Origin: a virus
Lineage: Duplodnaviria; Heunggongvirae; Uroviricota; Caudoviricetes
Strand: one strand, 5' to 3'
DNA length: 64,000 nt
IMG/VR virus record: IMGVR_UViG_3300045988_149282
Coordinates: 1-64,000 of that record
Under the pieces are notes generated by a model that saw nothing but the letters and a program-made list of their open reading frames with translations, made no database searches and had not been told where the DNA came from. The position numbers were made by a program, and so were the translations under genes. Of the stretch, positions 1 through 8,751 are shown one piece after another (position 1 is the first letter of the stretch; each line of letters begins with the position of its first letter).

Positions 1-154
1 CCCCAACCAAAGCCAGCAATGCTGGCTTAATTTCATCTTTAGCCGCAGGGAAGAGCCTGCATATCGCTCATGCACCTGATCAATATGCTTTGTAGCCGTT
101 TTCTTACTGGTATTATTTACGCCATTAAGAAAATAAGTTGTTTACGGAGTTGTG

Positions 155-466
155 ATGAAAAAATCATTGGTTCTTGGTCTGGACAAAGACCAGAAGAGAA
201 AAGAGAAGCCTGCGCTGGTTGCTCAATTAACTTTGCTGGACATCGTTGCCAATGGAACCTCTATTCGTCTGTTCCGTGAAAGAGCGGTGTCTTTCGATAA
301 AAACACCTTTACTCGTTATGTAATGAATGTTCGTCGCCAGCGTGGAAAAGGCTGGATGGCATTTCAAAGAATGTGGCCGGAACATCAGCTCGAACTGGCT
401 TTGATGGAAGTTAACCGCGTTGCCCAGCAAGAAATTCAGAGAGCATCAGTGATGGCAATAGCCTGA
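155..466 (+). CDS. hypothetical protein (~103 aa)
   Basis: ORF track 152..466 (GTG); first ATG at 155 preceded by GGAG; hairpin plus T-run terminator follows at ~502-529. No recognisable motif. Confidence 0.5.
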   Translation: MKKSLVLGLDKDQKRKEKPALVAQLTLLDIVANGTSIRLFRERAVSFDKNTFTRYVMNVRRQRGKGWMAFQRMWPEHQLELALMEVNRVAQQEIQRASVMAIA

Positions 467-501
467 TAATGTGCAAGTGGTAATTAGTCGACAGTACGAC
501 A

Positions 502-529
502 GCCCCGCCATCCTTACGGGGCTTTTTTG
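502..529 (+). terminator. Rho-independent terminator (hairpin plus T-run)
   Basis: GCCCCG...CGGGGC stem followed by TTTTTTG, downstream of the 155..466 ORF. Confidence 0.6.
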
Positions 530-586
530 TATTGTAAGTACTTACCTATGGCGGTAGTATTACGACGCATTTACATGGAGGTAAAA

Positions 587-994
587 ATGAGTTTGACCAA
601 AGAAGATTTAGTATTTGACCTTTACTACGCATCCAGCACTGACGAAGAAGGCAATAAACTGGCCCAGCTGACCGTTCAGTTCCGTGATGCATCGGCTGTT
701 CCGCATGTGACTACCCAGCTGGCCCGCACAACTCTTAAGCGAGATCGCTCGAAGGTTTATGCCGTCGGCGAGCAATCCGTGAAAAATGGTTCAGACACTC
801 TGCTGGCCGCCATTGAAGCCTATTATCGAACAGACCCGAAGACCATTTTCGAAAACCTGATGGCCCAGGTTCAGGATATGATCGAGGGCAACCTTGGCGC
901 CAACAATACCTGGGTTGGTTCTTACGGCATCACCATTGTGTCTGGCGGCTCTCTGGAAGAGTATCTGCCTGAGTCCGTCTACAACGTCCAGTAA
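587..994 (+). CDS. hypothetical protein (~135 aa)
   Basis: ORF track 527..994; internal in-frame ATG at 587 has RBS GGAGGT ~6 nt upstream; starts just after the upstream terminator. Confidence 0.5.
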   Translation: MSLTKEDLVFDLYYASSTDEEGNKLAQLTVQFRDASAVPHVTTQLARTTLKRDRSKVYAVGEQSVKNGSDTLLAAIEAYYRTDPKTIFENLMAQVQDMIEGNLGANNTWVGSYGITIVSGGSLEEYLPESVYNVQ

Positions 995-1120
995 ACCAGC
1001 CAATGGCGCGTAACCCGCGCCATTTTCCCCAACCCGTAAACAAGTTGTTTTATGCCTCTCCTACGTTGCGATAATAACACCAACAAGAAAACAAGTTATT
1101 AACGCAGTGAGGAAACGCAC

Positions 1121-1402
1121 ATGACCGATTTCACCATCTCCCCGAAAGAAGAAAACGTATGGCTGGAATCCTGGCTTGACCTGTCGCCGGCCGAGCAGAA
1201 AGAAATGGATCACGTCGAACCGGACGAACAAACCAGCTCCCGCTTCTTCCATTATCAGGATAGCGTTTATGACATTGCCGATTTCATGCGCGATGACCGC
1301 TTCCCGGAATGGCACGCCGGCTATCCACTGAATGCCTTCGCTATGCTGATGATCCGCGTGACAGATTCAGGCGACGCCATCGACATCGGATTACTTCATT
1401 GA
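1121..1402 (+). CDS. hypothetical acidic small protein (93 aa)
   Basis: ORF with GAGGA RBS; preceded by the conserved AACAAGTTGTT-type motif (1037-1100). Confidence 0.5.
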   Translation: MTDFTISPKEENVWLESWLDLSPAEQKEMDHVEPDEQTSSRFFHYQDSVYDIADFMRDDRFPEWHAGYPLNAFAMLMIRVTDSGDAIDIGLLH

Positions 1403-1464
1403 GAGGGGAGGGCCACCGATGCTGGTGGCCATCAATTACCACCTGCTTTCCCGCAGGCTAAAAA

Positions 1465-1551
1465 CACCCACCTCTTACCGCCAGGCTACCGAAGCACCCA
1501 CCTGTTCCCGTCCGGCTACCGAAGCACCCACCTGTTCCCGTCCGGCTACCG
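1465..1551. repeat. tandem direct repeats, ~3 copies of a 30-bp unit (iteron-like)
   Basis: CACCCACCTGTTCCCGTCCGGCTACCGAAG repeated head-to-tail (two near-identical copies plus one diverged, and a more degenerate copy at ~1438-1464) in the intergenic region. Confidence 0.7.
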
Positions 1552-1637
1552 CAACTTTCCACTTTGACGCCTTATTCGTACAACGATAATTAACACCAAC
1601 AAGAAAACAATTTGTTATTTACGATAAGGAATTAATC

Positions 1638-2120
1638 ATGAATTTTATCGCTACTGTAAACGCACCCGCACATGGCAATATCGCTGTAACGTTCTCTGAC
1701 ATTGAAAAACGAGTACTTGGTGCATGGCGCGACAATGAGACGGTAGAACTGTCAGCACAAGAAAAATGCATTATTGCACGCGACATCATTGGCAATCGTC
1801 GTTACTCGCGGGTATTTGAGAAAGCGTATGTGGTAAATTCTGGATTCGGAACGTTCGTCTTTCCGGTGCGCTCCGGGCGATTCTGCCAGTCCAAGCTGAT
1901 TGAGTTCGCTACGCAGATTTCTGTCTGGATTAAAACTCAATCGTCGTTCAAATTTTCCGACGATGAAGCAGTATCGCAGGGGATGCGGATCGCCAACAAT
2001 GCAATTAAATGCAAAAACATTACGTATACCGCTGGCGTTGATACATGGAAACTGTTTTGCGCTAACTTTATGCTGAATGTATACGCAAGCAACCGCATCC
2101 ACATCCTTGATGGCGTGTAA
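1638..2120 (+). CDS. hypothetical protein (160 aa)
   Basis: ORF with AAGGA RBS; preceded by a second copy of the upstream motif block (1583-1616); hairpin terminator follows at ~2124-2152. Confidence 0.55.
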   Translation: MNFIATVNAPAHGNIAVTFSDIEKRVLGAWRDNETVELSAQEKCIIARDIIGNRRYSRVFEKAYVVNSGFGTFVFPVRSGRFCQSKLIEFATQISVWIKTQSSFKFSDDEAVSQGMRIANNAIKCKNITYTAGVDTWKLFCANFMLNVYASNRIHILDGV

Positions 2121-2123
2121 CTG

Positions 2124-2152
2124 AGAAGAGGGCCAGAAACGGCCCTTTCTCT
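2124..2152 (+). terminator. Rho-independent terminator (candidate)
   Basis: AGGGCC-AGAAAC-GGCCCT hairpin followed by TTCTC, after the 1638..2120 ORF. Confidence 0.5.
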
Positions 2153-2711
2153 ATAGCCACCAGCTGCCGCAGGGAAATTTTCAGAAACGGCGAGGAACGT
2201 ATTCATGAGCCGACGGGGAACGGCCAGGATTTTTTCGGGAAACGGCTGCATTTGCCTTTGTGTAGAAAAAACATCGGGAAGCTGGTGGAATCCAACCAGC
2301 GGTTGTCGGACAGGTGAGCGGGGAAAATTATGATGACTTTCGTCACCTGAGACATCCAGATTTCTTTCGTAGCATAATCACATACGTGATTAAGTGGTGT
2401 GATTATGTGAAAAATCACGCGCACATAATACACGAGCGGATACGGAACAAAACAAAATACCGATCCGCACCGACAAATAAGCGCGGATCACATAGCAAGA
2501 CTAAAAGCCAATGATTAACCATACTCTATAGCGCAATATAACGCGTTTTAAGCGCGTTAATGTGTTAAGTAATGGGCATGTACTGGTAAGGATATAAAAG
2601 CGCGTCTATGGCGTTATTTTGGCGCTTATTTTTATGTTGTTGGAGTGAGTTAAAGACAATAAAAACGCGCCATCATTGGCGCGTTATGGTAGGTGTATTG
2701 GAAACGAAAAA

Positions 2712-2730
2712 AGCGCCCATAGTGGGCGCT
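2712..2730. terminator. bidirectional hairpin terminator (AGCGCCCA-TAG-TGGGCGCT)
   Basis: Perfect 8-bp GC-rich stem flanked by an A-run upstream and T-run downstream; immediately 3' of the minus-strand gene ending at 2736. The same stem recurs at 3217-3237. Confidence 0.55.
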
Positions 2731-2735
2731 CGATT

Positions 2736-2966
2736 TTATTTGTGTAAACTGATTTTAAATCCCATTTCTACGAACGCTTTTAACATTAAAAATATATCAG
2801 CGTCGTTCACGTCTGCTTTTTTTCGCTCCTGGTCGCTCAATAAGTCAATTTTGCGCGTCGTTTCGTCTATAAACTCGACTGCGCGCCCAGCGTAACCAGC
2901 GATCCCAGCGATGCGATTAACATAATATTCATTATGGACGTTAACGCCAGCGATAAGAACAAACAT
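2736..2966 (-). CDS. hypothetical small protein (76 aa)
   Basis: Minus-strand ORF with AAGGAG RBS upstream of ATG at 2966; bidirectional hairpin terminator immediately downstream (2712-2730). Confidence 0.45.
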   Translation of the reverse strand: MFVLIAGVNVHNEYYVNRIAGIAGYAGRAVEFIDETTRKIDLLSDQERKKADVNDADIFLMLKAFVEMGFKISLHK

Positions 2967-2986
2967 GATTAAGCTCCTTAAAAAAA

Positions 2987-3190
2987 TTAAATAGAATTTT
3001 GAAGTTTTCCGATTAATACGCTTAAGCGTAAGTATTCACGTTTGCGCTTGCAATCTCGCTTGCTGTTAAGCAAATCAGAAAACGTAAAATTTAATTGGTC
3101 GCGTTGCGCGATCAAATCGTCGATTAATTCCAGTTTATAAGCGCGATAATTTGCGCGATATTCTGCGCGGATCTTGTCATAGCTGACCAT
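2987..3190 (-). CDS. hypothetical small basic protein (~67 aa)
   Basis: ORF track 2987..3235; internal ATG at 3190 has RBS AAAGGAGC; the longer start would overlap the hairpin at 3217-3237. Confidence 0.4.
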   Translation of the reverse strand: MVSYDKIRAEYRANYRAYKLELIDDLIAQRDQLNFTFSDLLNSKRDCKRKREYLRLSVLIGKLQNSI

Positions 3191-3238
3191 CTTTAAAGCT
3201 CCTTTAAAGCGCCCACAATGGGCGCTTGATTCCATTAA

Positions 3239-3889
3239 TTACGCTTTAAAAGCATCAGCTAAATAATTGTAGAAATCATTCTTGATAAAGCGATATTGCT
3301 GTGTACCAGCTTTTGCGCTTCCCATTCCTTTGACTTTCTCAACAAGCCCAAGACGTTCGCAAAGATTGATCAACTGGTTGGCTTGAGTATAGCCAGCGTC
3401 TAATTTAATTTCACACGCTTTTTTAGCTTCATTCATTAAATCGAAAACAGCACCATTGGTGAACGTGTCGATCTCGTCGTTAATCATATCGATTAAAGCG
3501 AATACACGAGATCCAGACATATCAGCGATGGAATAAACGCATTTGCCAGATTTAATTGATTTAACCAGATAAACCAGTTTTTCCAGAGAATAACTATTAG
3601 TCATTGCATCACGGAAAAATACTTCTGGCGCTTGTTTGCTTGCTTTAATTGCATAGTAGAAAACAGAGCATAATTTTTCGTCTTCTACTGCGTTTACGAC
3701 GTTGTTGATGAAGTAAGCAAGTTTCGTGGTCGCAGCTTGCATATTTGCTTTGTCTGCTTTGGTGTGCGTACCATTTTTATAATGTTCATTATATGTTTGA
3801 GTTGCCAGATCTGCTTTTTCGCGCAGTTCATCGGATACAATGGAAGCAGCTTCAACGATGGATTTTTTAGAAATGATAATGTTAGCCAT
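3239..3889 (-). CDS. hypothetical protein (216 aa), possible DNA-binding/regulatory protein
   Basis: Minus-strand ORF, AT-rich; weak HTH-like C-terminal segment; long AT-rich promoter-like region upstream (3890-4150). Confidence 0.5.
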   Translation of the reverse strand: MANIIISKKSIVEAASIVSDELREKADLATQTYNEHYKNGTHTKADKANMQAATTKLAYFINNVVNAVEDEKLCSVFYYAIKASKQAPEVFFRDAMTNSYSLEKLVYLVKSIKSGKCVYSIADMSGSRVFALIDMINDEIDTFTNGAVFDLMNEAKKACEIKLDAGYTQANQLINLCERLGLVEKVKGMGSAKAGTQQYRFIKNDFYNYLADAFKA

Positions 3890-4147
3890 GATGGATATCC
3901 TTACGAAAAATTAAAATGAATTTATTTTTTACTGTCGTTAGCTAGCTCGCTTTCGACGAGTTCAATTATCGATACGTGAAAAAAGATTGCAAGTATTTTT
4001 TTTAAATTTTCTGCAGGGATGAAAGTCCTAGAAATAAAAGCGAGATCGTCGAAGGTGTTCCCTAAATAAATAATCAATTCGGGCTTTTAACCTTATATAT
4101 TTATACAGAGTGGCATTGAATGAGTTTTAAATGAATGGCATGTAAAA

Positions 4148-4173
4148 TAATAACCGGGCTTAGCCGGTTATTA
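4148..4173 (-). terminator. hairpin terminator for the minus-strand operon
   Basis: TAACCGG...CCGGTTA inverted repeat immediately 3' of the gene ending at 4185. Confidence 0.5.
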
Positions 4174-4184
4174 CCCTTATAGAT

Positions 4185-4709
4185 TTAAAATGGAAGGATT
4201 CGTTCAACCCAATCGAAGAAAACAAGTATTTTTCTGCCGTCTTCTAACTTAAGAGTGACCTGGCAAGCATCAACGCCTCTTGACACCCCTTCAATTTCAC
4301 GACCGTCTGCCATGTAGACCCTTATAGATTGGTCGTTTTGATAAGCCTTGCGACATATCGCAAAAAAGTCACGGCGTGATGGCTGATTGTCAACATAGTC
4401 TGGATGTATTGTTAGCCTACCTTTGAACTCGCGAGCAATGCCATCGATTACACCTGATTCAATTGTGCTAATGCGCTCAAGTGGGAGTCTTATACGATTT
4501 TCTTTATCATATGGAAGCGGGCATAAATCTAGCTTATTGCGGGAAGGCATTGTCCCCTGAACGTACATGCAAAACACCTGACCGTCTTCAAGCGTGACTC
4601 TTACAGGAATGTTGTTCTTCCGCCAGAACATAAGTATGTTTTCAGCATGTTCGTAGTCTCGCGGCCAGACTTCAGCCGGTATGCCGTAGGTGATGTCCGA
4701 TGTTCTCAT
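4185..4709 (-). CDS. hypothetical cytoplasmic protein (174 aa)
   Basis: Minus-strand ORF; start overlaps the stop of the upstream gene (ATGA); hairpin terminator downstream at ~4148-4173. Confidence 0.55.
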   Translation of the reverse strand: MRTSDITYGIPAEVWPRDYEHAENILMFWRKNNIPVRVTLEDGQVFCMYVQGTMPSRNKLDLCPLPYDKENRIRLPLERISTIESGVIDGIAREFKGRLTIHPDYVDNQPSRRDFFAICRKAYQNDQSIRVYMADGREIEGVSRGVDACQVTLKLEDGRKILVFFDWVERILPF

Positions 4710-5299
4710 TCTGATACTCTTAGAGGTGTTTTCAGCAACCCAAATTTAAATTCTTTGTTACCAACGACAAAGAAGGGAACCTCAACATAGATTTTTTTAT
4801 CGACGGATTTAGAGTTCGCTGTTTTCTGTATGTCACGAACGATACGTTTTGAGGTATTTTCATCGATAAACAATACCTTTCCACTTGTATTCCCTTCAGC
4901 CTTGGCGTAAGTAACGATAGGCTCTTCATTGCCAACCCTAATGTTTACTTGGCAACCTGTTGTAGCCATTTCATCACAGTAAAGTGTGCCGTCTTGAACT
5001 TCCAAAACAATTCCAGATGGCTTCATGGCTTCGTCAGAGCTTACATTAACGTTTTCTGGTACAGCGGTCCCGTTAATTTGCAACCGTAATCTTTCTTTTC
5101 CTGCATTAAGTATTGTTTCTTCTGCGTTATCTGAGAATCTGAACCAGACTGGTTGAATCAGACCTCGTGATTCGTATTTTAGTACGTCTTCAGAAGTATA
5201 CATGCTGTACGTTTTTTGCATGTCGGAGACGATATCTGACAACGCATTTGCGGAAAATGACGAGAGGTATATACAAGCAAGAAGTAACGAACGTTTCAT
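4706..5299 (-). CDS. secreted/periplasmic protein with N-terminal signal peptide (197 aa)
   Basis: N-terminus MKRSLLLACIYLSSFSANA is a typical Sec signal peptide; translationally coupled to the 4185..4709 gene. Confidence 0.55.
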   Translation of the reverse strand: MKRSLLLACIYLSSFSANALSDIVSDMQKTYSMYTSEDVLKYESRGLIQPVWFRFSDNAEETILNAGKERLRLQINGTAVPENVNVSSDEAMKPSGIVLEVQDGTLYCDEMATTGCQVNIRVGNEEPIVTYAKAEGNTSGKVLFIDENTSKRIVRDIQKTANSKSVDKKIYVEVPFFVVGNKEFKFGLLKTPLRVSE

Positions 5300-5479
5300 T
5301 TTTATACAGCGATTATTGCAAAGTAGAATTATAAATATCCAATAGTCTCAAACGATAAGTTTTCAACTGTAAATAGCAGACTTGTTTCTCTAAAAGCTGT
5401 GCGGCAAAGGCGTTGTTGCCGCACTCTGTCTATTAGCTCTTCAAGTCTGGCAATTCTGAAATTGACTAAGAATCCAATA

Positions 5480-5758
5480 TTACGGCAGTTTGCTTAGAAT
5501 TTGCTCTAAATCTTCCTTTGTCATATTAGAGTTCTCATAGATGCGCATGATTTTCTCACGAGCCTTAGCAGAGACTCCAACGGCAGATGAAACTTTGTCA
5601 AATTCAGCCATTGTCATCGCTTCCAGAATGGTATTGATAACTTCAGCCTTAGACATTTTGATGTTTTTTTCTTTTAGTTTCATTTGAAACTTTCCAAGTT
5701 TGTCATTGGCCTTATCGGACAATGCCACCTGACAATAAGTTGTTTTCTTTTCGCTCAT
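5480..5758 (-). CDS. hypothetical small protein (92 aa)
   Basis: Minus-strand ORF starting 2 nt after the helicase stop; hairpin downstream at ~5397-5425. Confidence 0.5.
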   Translation of the reverse strand: MSEKKTTYCQVALSDKANDKLGKFQMKLKEKNIKMSKAEVINTILEAMTMAEFDKVSSAVGVSAKAREKIMRIYENSNMTKEDLEQILSKLP

Positions 5759-5760
5759 AA

Positions 5761-7320
5761 CTAATCTCGTTTCAGAACTCCAAAATCGAATGCGCCATCA
5801 ATAGGCAATACACCTTCTGCAAAGCCAGGTGTGGTGTCGATGATGTGTTTTCGCTCATAAGAGTGAGACAACAGGTATTTGTTGCTAATGTCAATGAAAT
5901 CAGTGATAAAACACACGTTTGCCTGATTCTTCTTGGCTCGTAAGCCACGACCGACACGCTGCCTCATTTCAACTTCTGCTTTCCCACCACCAGCCAGAAT
6001 GACCGCACCAACGCTTGGCACATCAACACCGACATCCAGAATAGTCGAGCCTATTAAAACATCTATTTCGCCAGACGCTAAACTGTTCAGCTTTGCTTGC
6101 CTTGTCGCCTGGTTTGATTCCCCATAGATGAAGTCAACTCTAAGGCCGGACTCCTTCATCATCTCCATCAGGATTTGCCCGTGGCGTTTAAGACGAACCA
6201 GAGTCATGCAATTGAGAGAATGTTGCTTATAGAGCAATGCTTCGCGCACAATGGCCTCGTTACGTCCCAAATTATACACGATCCCCAACTGATAAGCCTT
6301 TTGGTAGGCTGTGCTCATACCTACTCTAAAATTGAGGTGTTTGTTGGCAAGTTCGGCCTTGATTCTGGCCTCGTCTGGCTTGTAGGCAACTTTATGATAA
6401 AGGAAGTATGGTTTTGCCAGAATGCCTCTATCAATCAGGTACTTTTCCGTGACTTTTATTTCAATTCGCCCGGCCACTGCCATCAGGCGCATGTTGGCTT
6501 CCGTCGAATCCTTCATGAACGGCGTGGCTGTAAGCGCCAGACGATAGTCTGCGTTCACACATAATCTGGCGATGTCATAGAAATTAGAGCCTGAAGACTC
6601 ATGCGCCTCTTCCAGAATAAGAAGAGAGACACTTGAAAGGAAGCGTTTCACCAACTCCCGACGTTTGAGGTGGTAGCTTTTCTTATCTGGTGTTGCATCG
6701 CGTGGTGGTTCTTCGAGGAAACTTGCAAGAGTTTGAACTGTAGCGACGTTGATATGTCGTGATACCTGGAACTCACCCGAGCCAATTACTCCAACCTTTT
6801 GGTCCTTTAACCACGGTTCGCCATTTTCGGCGCGGTAGTCGATGGATCTCTGGAAGTTTTCGGCCATTTGAAACATCAGAACAGAGCGGGTTGTTAAAAA
6901 TAATGTCATTCGACCGATACGTGCAGTTGCTTTGCAGGCAACGTTAGATTTCCCGCCACCAGTAGCGATCTGCGCAATCATCATTCCCTCTCGAACCAGT
7001 GTTTCTACTGTCTGATCTTGGTACGCATAATCAGGGTTGTATGGAAATGGGTTAACCGCAGGATTTGGTTTACCCAGCGTCGGGGCTTTGTCTTTGCGGA
7101 TATGAACACATTTGATGCCCGCCTTGTTCAAATTAGCCGCCACGGGCTTGGCAAAGCCAGCAGGGAACGAGTTTTTGCTCCAGTTGAACATTGTGCTTGT
7201 GCCCTTCCAGTCGCCAGCCTCGACTTCGTAGCTCAACATTTGCTGCACCAGTTGCTTTACCTTGTCATCTGCGCCAGAAATAAGCGCATTTACTGCGTTA
7301 GATACAATCCGAACAGTCAT
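5761..7320 (-). CDS. superfamily-2 DNA/RNA helicase (DEAD/DEAH-box, ResIII-like)
   Basis: Walker A (ATGGGKS), DExH motif II (LILEEAHE), motif VI (QRVGRGLRA); RBS AAGGAAAGAGG before ATG at 7320. Confidence 0.85.
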   Translation of the reverse strand: MTVRIVSNAVNALISGADDKVKQLVQQMLSYEVEAGDWKGTSTMFNWSKNSFPAGFAKPVAANLNKAGIKCVHIRKDKAPTLGKPNPAVNPFPYNPDYAYQDQTVETLVREGMMIAQIATGGGKSNVACKATARIGRMTLFLTTRSVLMFQMAENFQRSIDYRAENGEPWLKDQKVGVIGSGEFQVSRHINVATVQTLASFLEEPPRDATPDKKSYHLKRRELVKRFLSSVSLLILEEAHESSGSNFYDIARLCVNADYRLALTATPFMKDSTEANMRLMAVAGRIEIKVTEKYLIDRGILAKPYFLYHKVAYKPDEARIKAELANKHLNFRVGMSTAYQKAYQLGIVYNLGRNEAIVREALLYKQHSLNCMTLVRLKRHGQILMEMMKESGLRVDFIYGESNQATRQAKLNSLASGEIDVLIGSTILDVGVDVPSVGAVILAGGGKAEVEMRQRVGRGLRAKKNQANVCFITDFIDISNKYLLSHSYERKHIIDTTPGFAEGVLPIDGAFDFGVLKRD

Positions 7321-7402
7321 AAACCTCTTTCCTTAGTGCCTTTTGTATGTTATTTGGCTATTATAATAAGTAAGTGATTACTTAGTGGATTGTAGCAATA
7401 AA

Positions 7403-8083
7403 ATGGACGTAAAAATCACGATTTTGCAGGTTGATGTTGCCAACCTTCGCCCGAATACCTGGAACACCAATTCGGTTGGTGCGCAGAATTTCGAAAAACT
7501 GAAAGGTTCTATCGAAAAATTGGGCTTTTTTAAGCCAATTTTGGCTCGTGAGCTTGAAGATGGATTTTTTGAAATCCTCGGCGGCGAACATCGCTGGCGT
7601 GCTGCTATTGAGCAAGGAATTTCAACGGTTCCTGTGCTTTCTGTGGGCAAAATTAGCGATGTCGTGGCAAAACAGATGTCACTGGTGGACAACGAGCGAT
7701 ACGGTGAAGACGACCAAATCGCATTGCAACGCTTCATTGAAGAAATTCAGTCAGAACTTGACTATCAACTGTCTGAAATCGCCCCGTATGACGACGAAAT
7801 CTCGATGGTTTTAGCAAAAGAGGCGGCAATCGACCTTGAAGCACTGGAGGCGTTGTCTCGTGGTAGTGATGAGCCTGTCGATACCGACAAACGAGAGAAA
7901 ACCGAACGTGTGGGTGCGGAACATCAGACCATGCGCTTCAAAGTAACTTTCGATGCGTCAGATCGTGTTGCAGAAACTATAAAAAACATCATCAAAGAGC
8001 AGGCTATTAACACCGGTAATGAAATGGAGAACGCTGGTGAGGCTCTGGTGTGGCTGGTCGACTACTACAAGGAGCGTATGTAA
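7403..8083 (+). CDS. ParB-like nuclease domain protein 1
   Basis: ParB/Srx N-terminal domain signature (...FEILGGEHRWRAAIEQGISTVPVL...); ORF track 7385 (GTG), first ATG at 7403. Confidence 0.75.
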   Translation: MDVKITILQVDVANLRPNTWNTNSVGAQNFEKLKGSIEKLGFFKPILARELEDGFFEILGGEHRWRAAIEQGISTVPVLSVGKISDVVAKQMSLVDNERYGEDDQIALQRFIEEIQSELDYQLSEIAPYDDEISMVLAKEAAIDLEALEALSRGSDEPVDTDKREKTERVGAEHQTMRFKVTFDASDRVAETIKNIIKEQAINTGNEMENAGEALVWLVDYYKERM

Positions 8084-8751
8084 TGACCAAAAAGTTTGAA
8101 ATCGTATATCGCGACCCGGCAGATCTTATTCCCTATGAGATGAATGCCAAAAAGCATGATGAACAGCAGATCAGAGATCTGGCCGCAGCCATTAAAAAGC
8201 GCGGATTTGACCAGCCAATTACGGTCGATAAGAACGACGTAATTATTACTGGCCACGGCCGCCGTGAGGCTGCAATTTTTGCTGGACTTGAGCGCGTACC
8301 GGTTATTGTTCGTGATGATCTGAGTGATGACGAGGTACGTGCAAAGCGCCTTGAAGATAACCGACTTGCCAGCATTGATTACGATGCAATTAAGCTACAG
8401 AAAGAGCTTGAGTCGCTTGTTCTGGACGATATCGAGGTTTTCGGCTTCGAAGAGCGTGAGTTGAATGTTCTCGTTGGCAGTATGACAGAAGAAATGGACA
8501 CCGACTCGCTAGTTATCGATCTTGGCGAAGAAACTAAACGACAGAAGGATGAACACACCGAGATCAGTCGTGAAGTTGCAGCGGAAGAAGTACGTGTTGT
8601 CGACGTATTGGGCTTTAAAACGCTTCCTGCTGGCTCTGCCATTGTTGTTGGTGATTTGCTTGCCCACATGGAAGAAATGACGGGAGAAAGCGGGGTAGAC
8701 GCATTTGTGGCATATGCGGAGAAGATCTCTTCCGGGGAGATGGCTGCATGA
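8083..8751 (+). CDS. ParB-like nuclease domain protein 2
   Basis: ParB box (VIITGHGRREAAIFAGLERVPVIV); start overlaps the upstream stop (TAATG) with AGGAG RBS; acidic C-terminal half. Confidence 0.75.
   Translation: MTKKFEIVYRDPADLIPYEMNAKKHDEQQIRDLAAAIKKRGFDQPITVDKNDVIITGHGRREAAIFAGLERVPVIVRDDLSDDEVRAKRLEDNRLASIDYDAIKLQKELESLVLDDIEVFGFEERELNVLVGSMTEEMDTDSLVIDLGEETKRQKDEHTEISREVAAEEVRVVDVLGFKTLPAGSAIVVGDLLAHMEEMTGESGVDAFVAYAEKISSGEMAA

Noticed and set aside
1465-1551. Tandem 30-bp repeats considered as a possible CRISPR array
   Set aside because: Only ~3 head-to-tail copies with no intervening unique spacers and no cas genes; better explained as iteron-like direct repeats.
2314-2514. 66-aa ORF in the hairpin-rich noncoding region
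   Set aside because: No RBS, lies across palindromic repeats, composition typical of noncoding DNA.
6175-6564. 129-aa + strand ORF inside the helicase gene
   Set aside because: Antisense to a helicase with intact conserved motifs; no translation signals.
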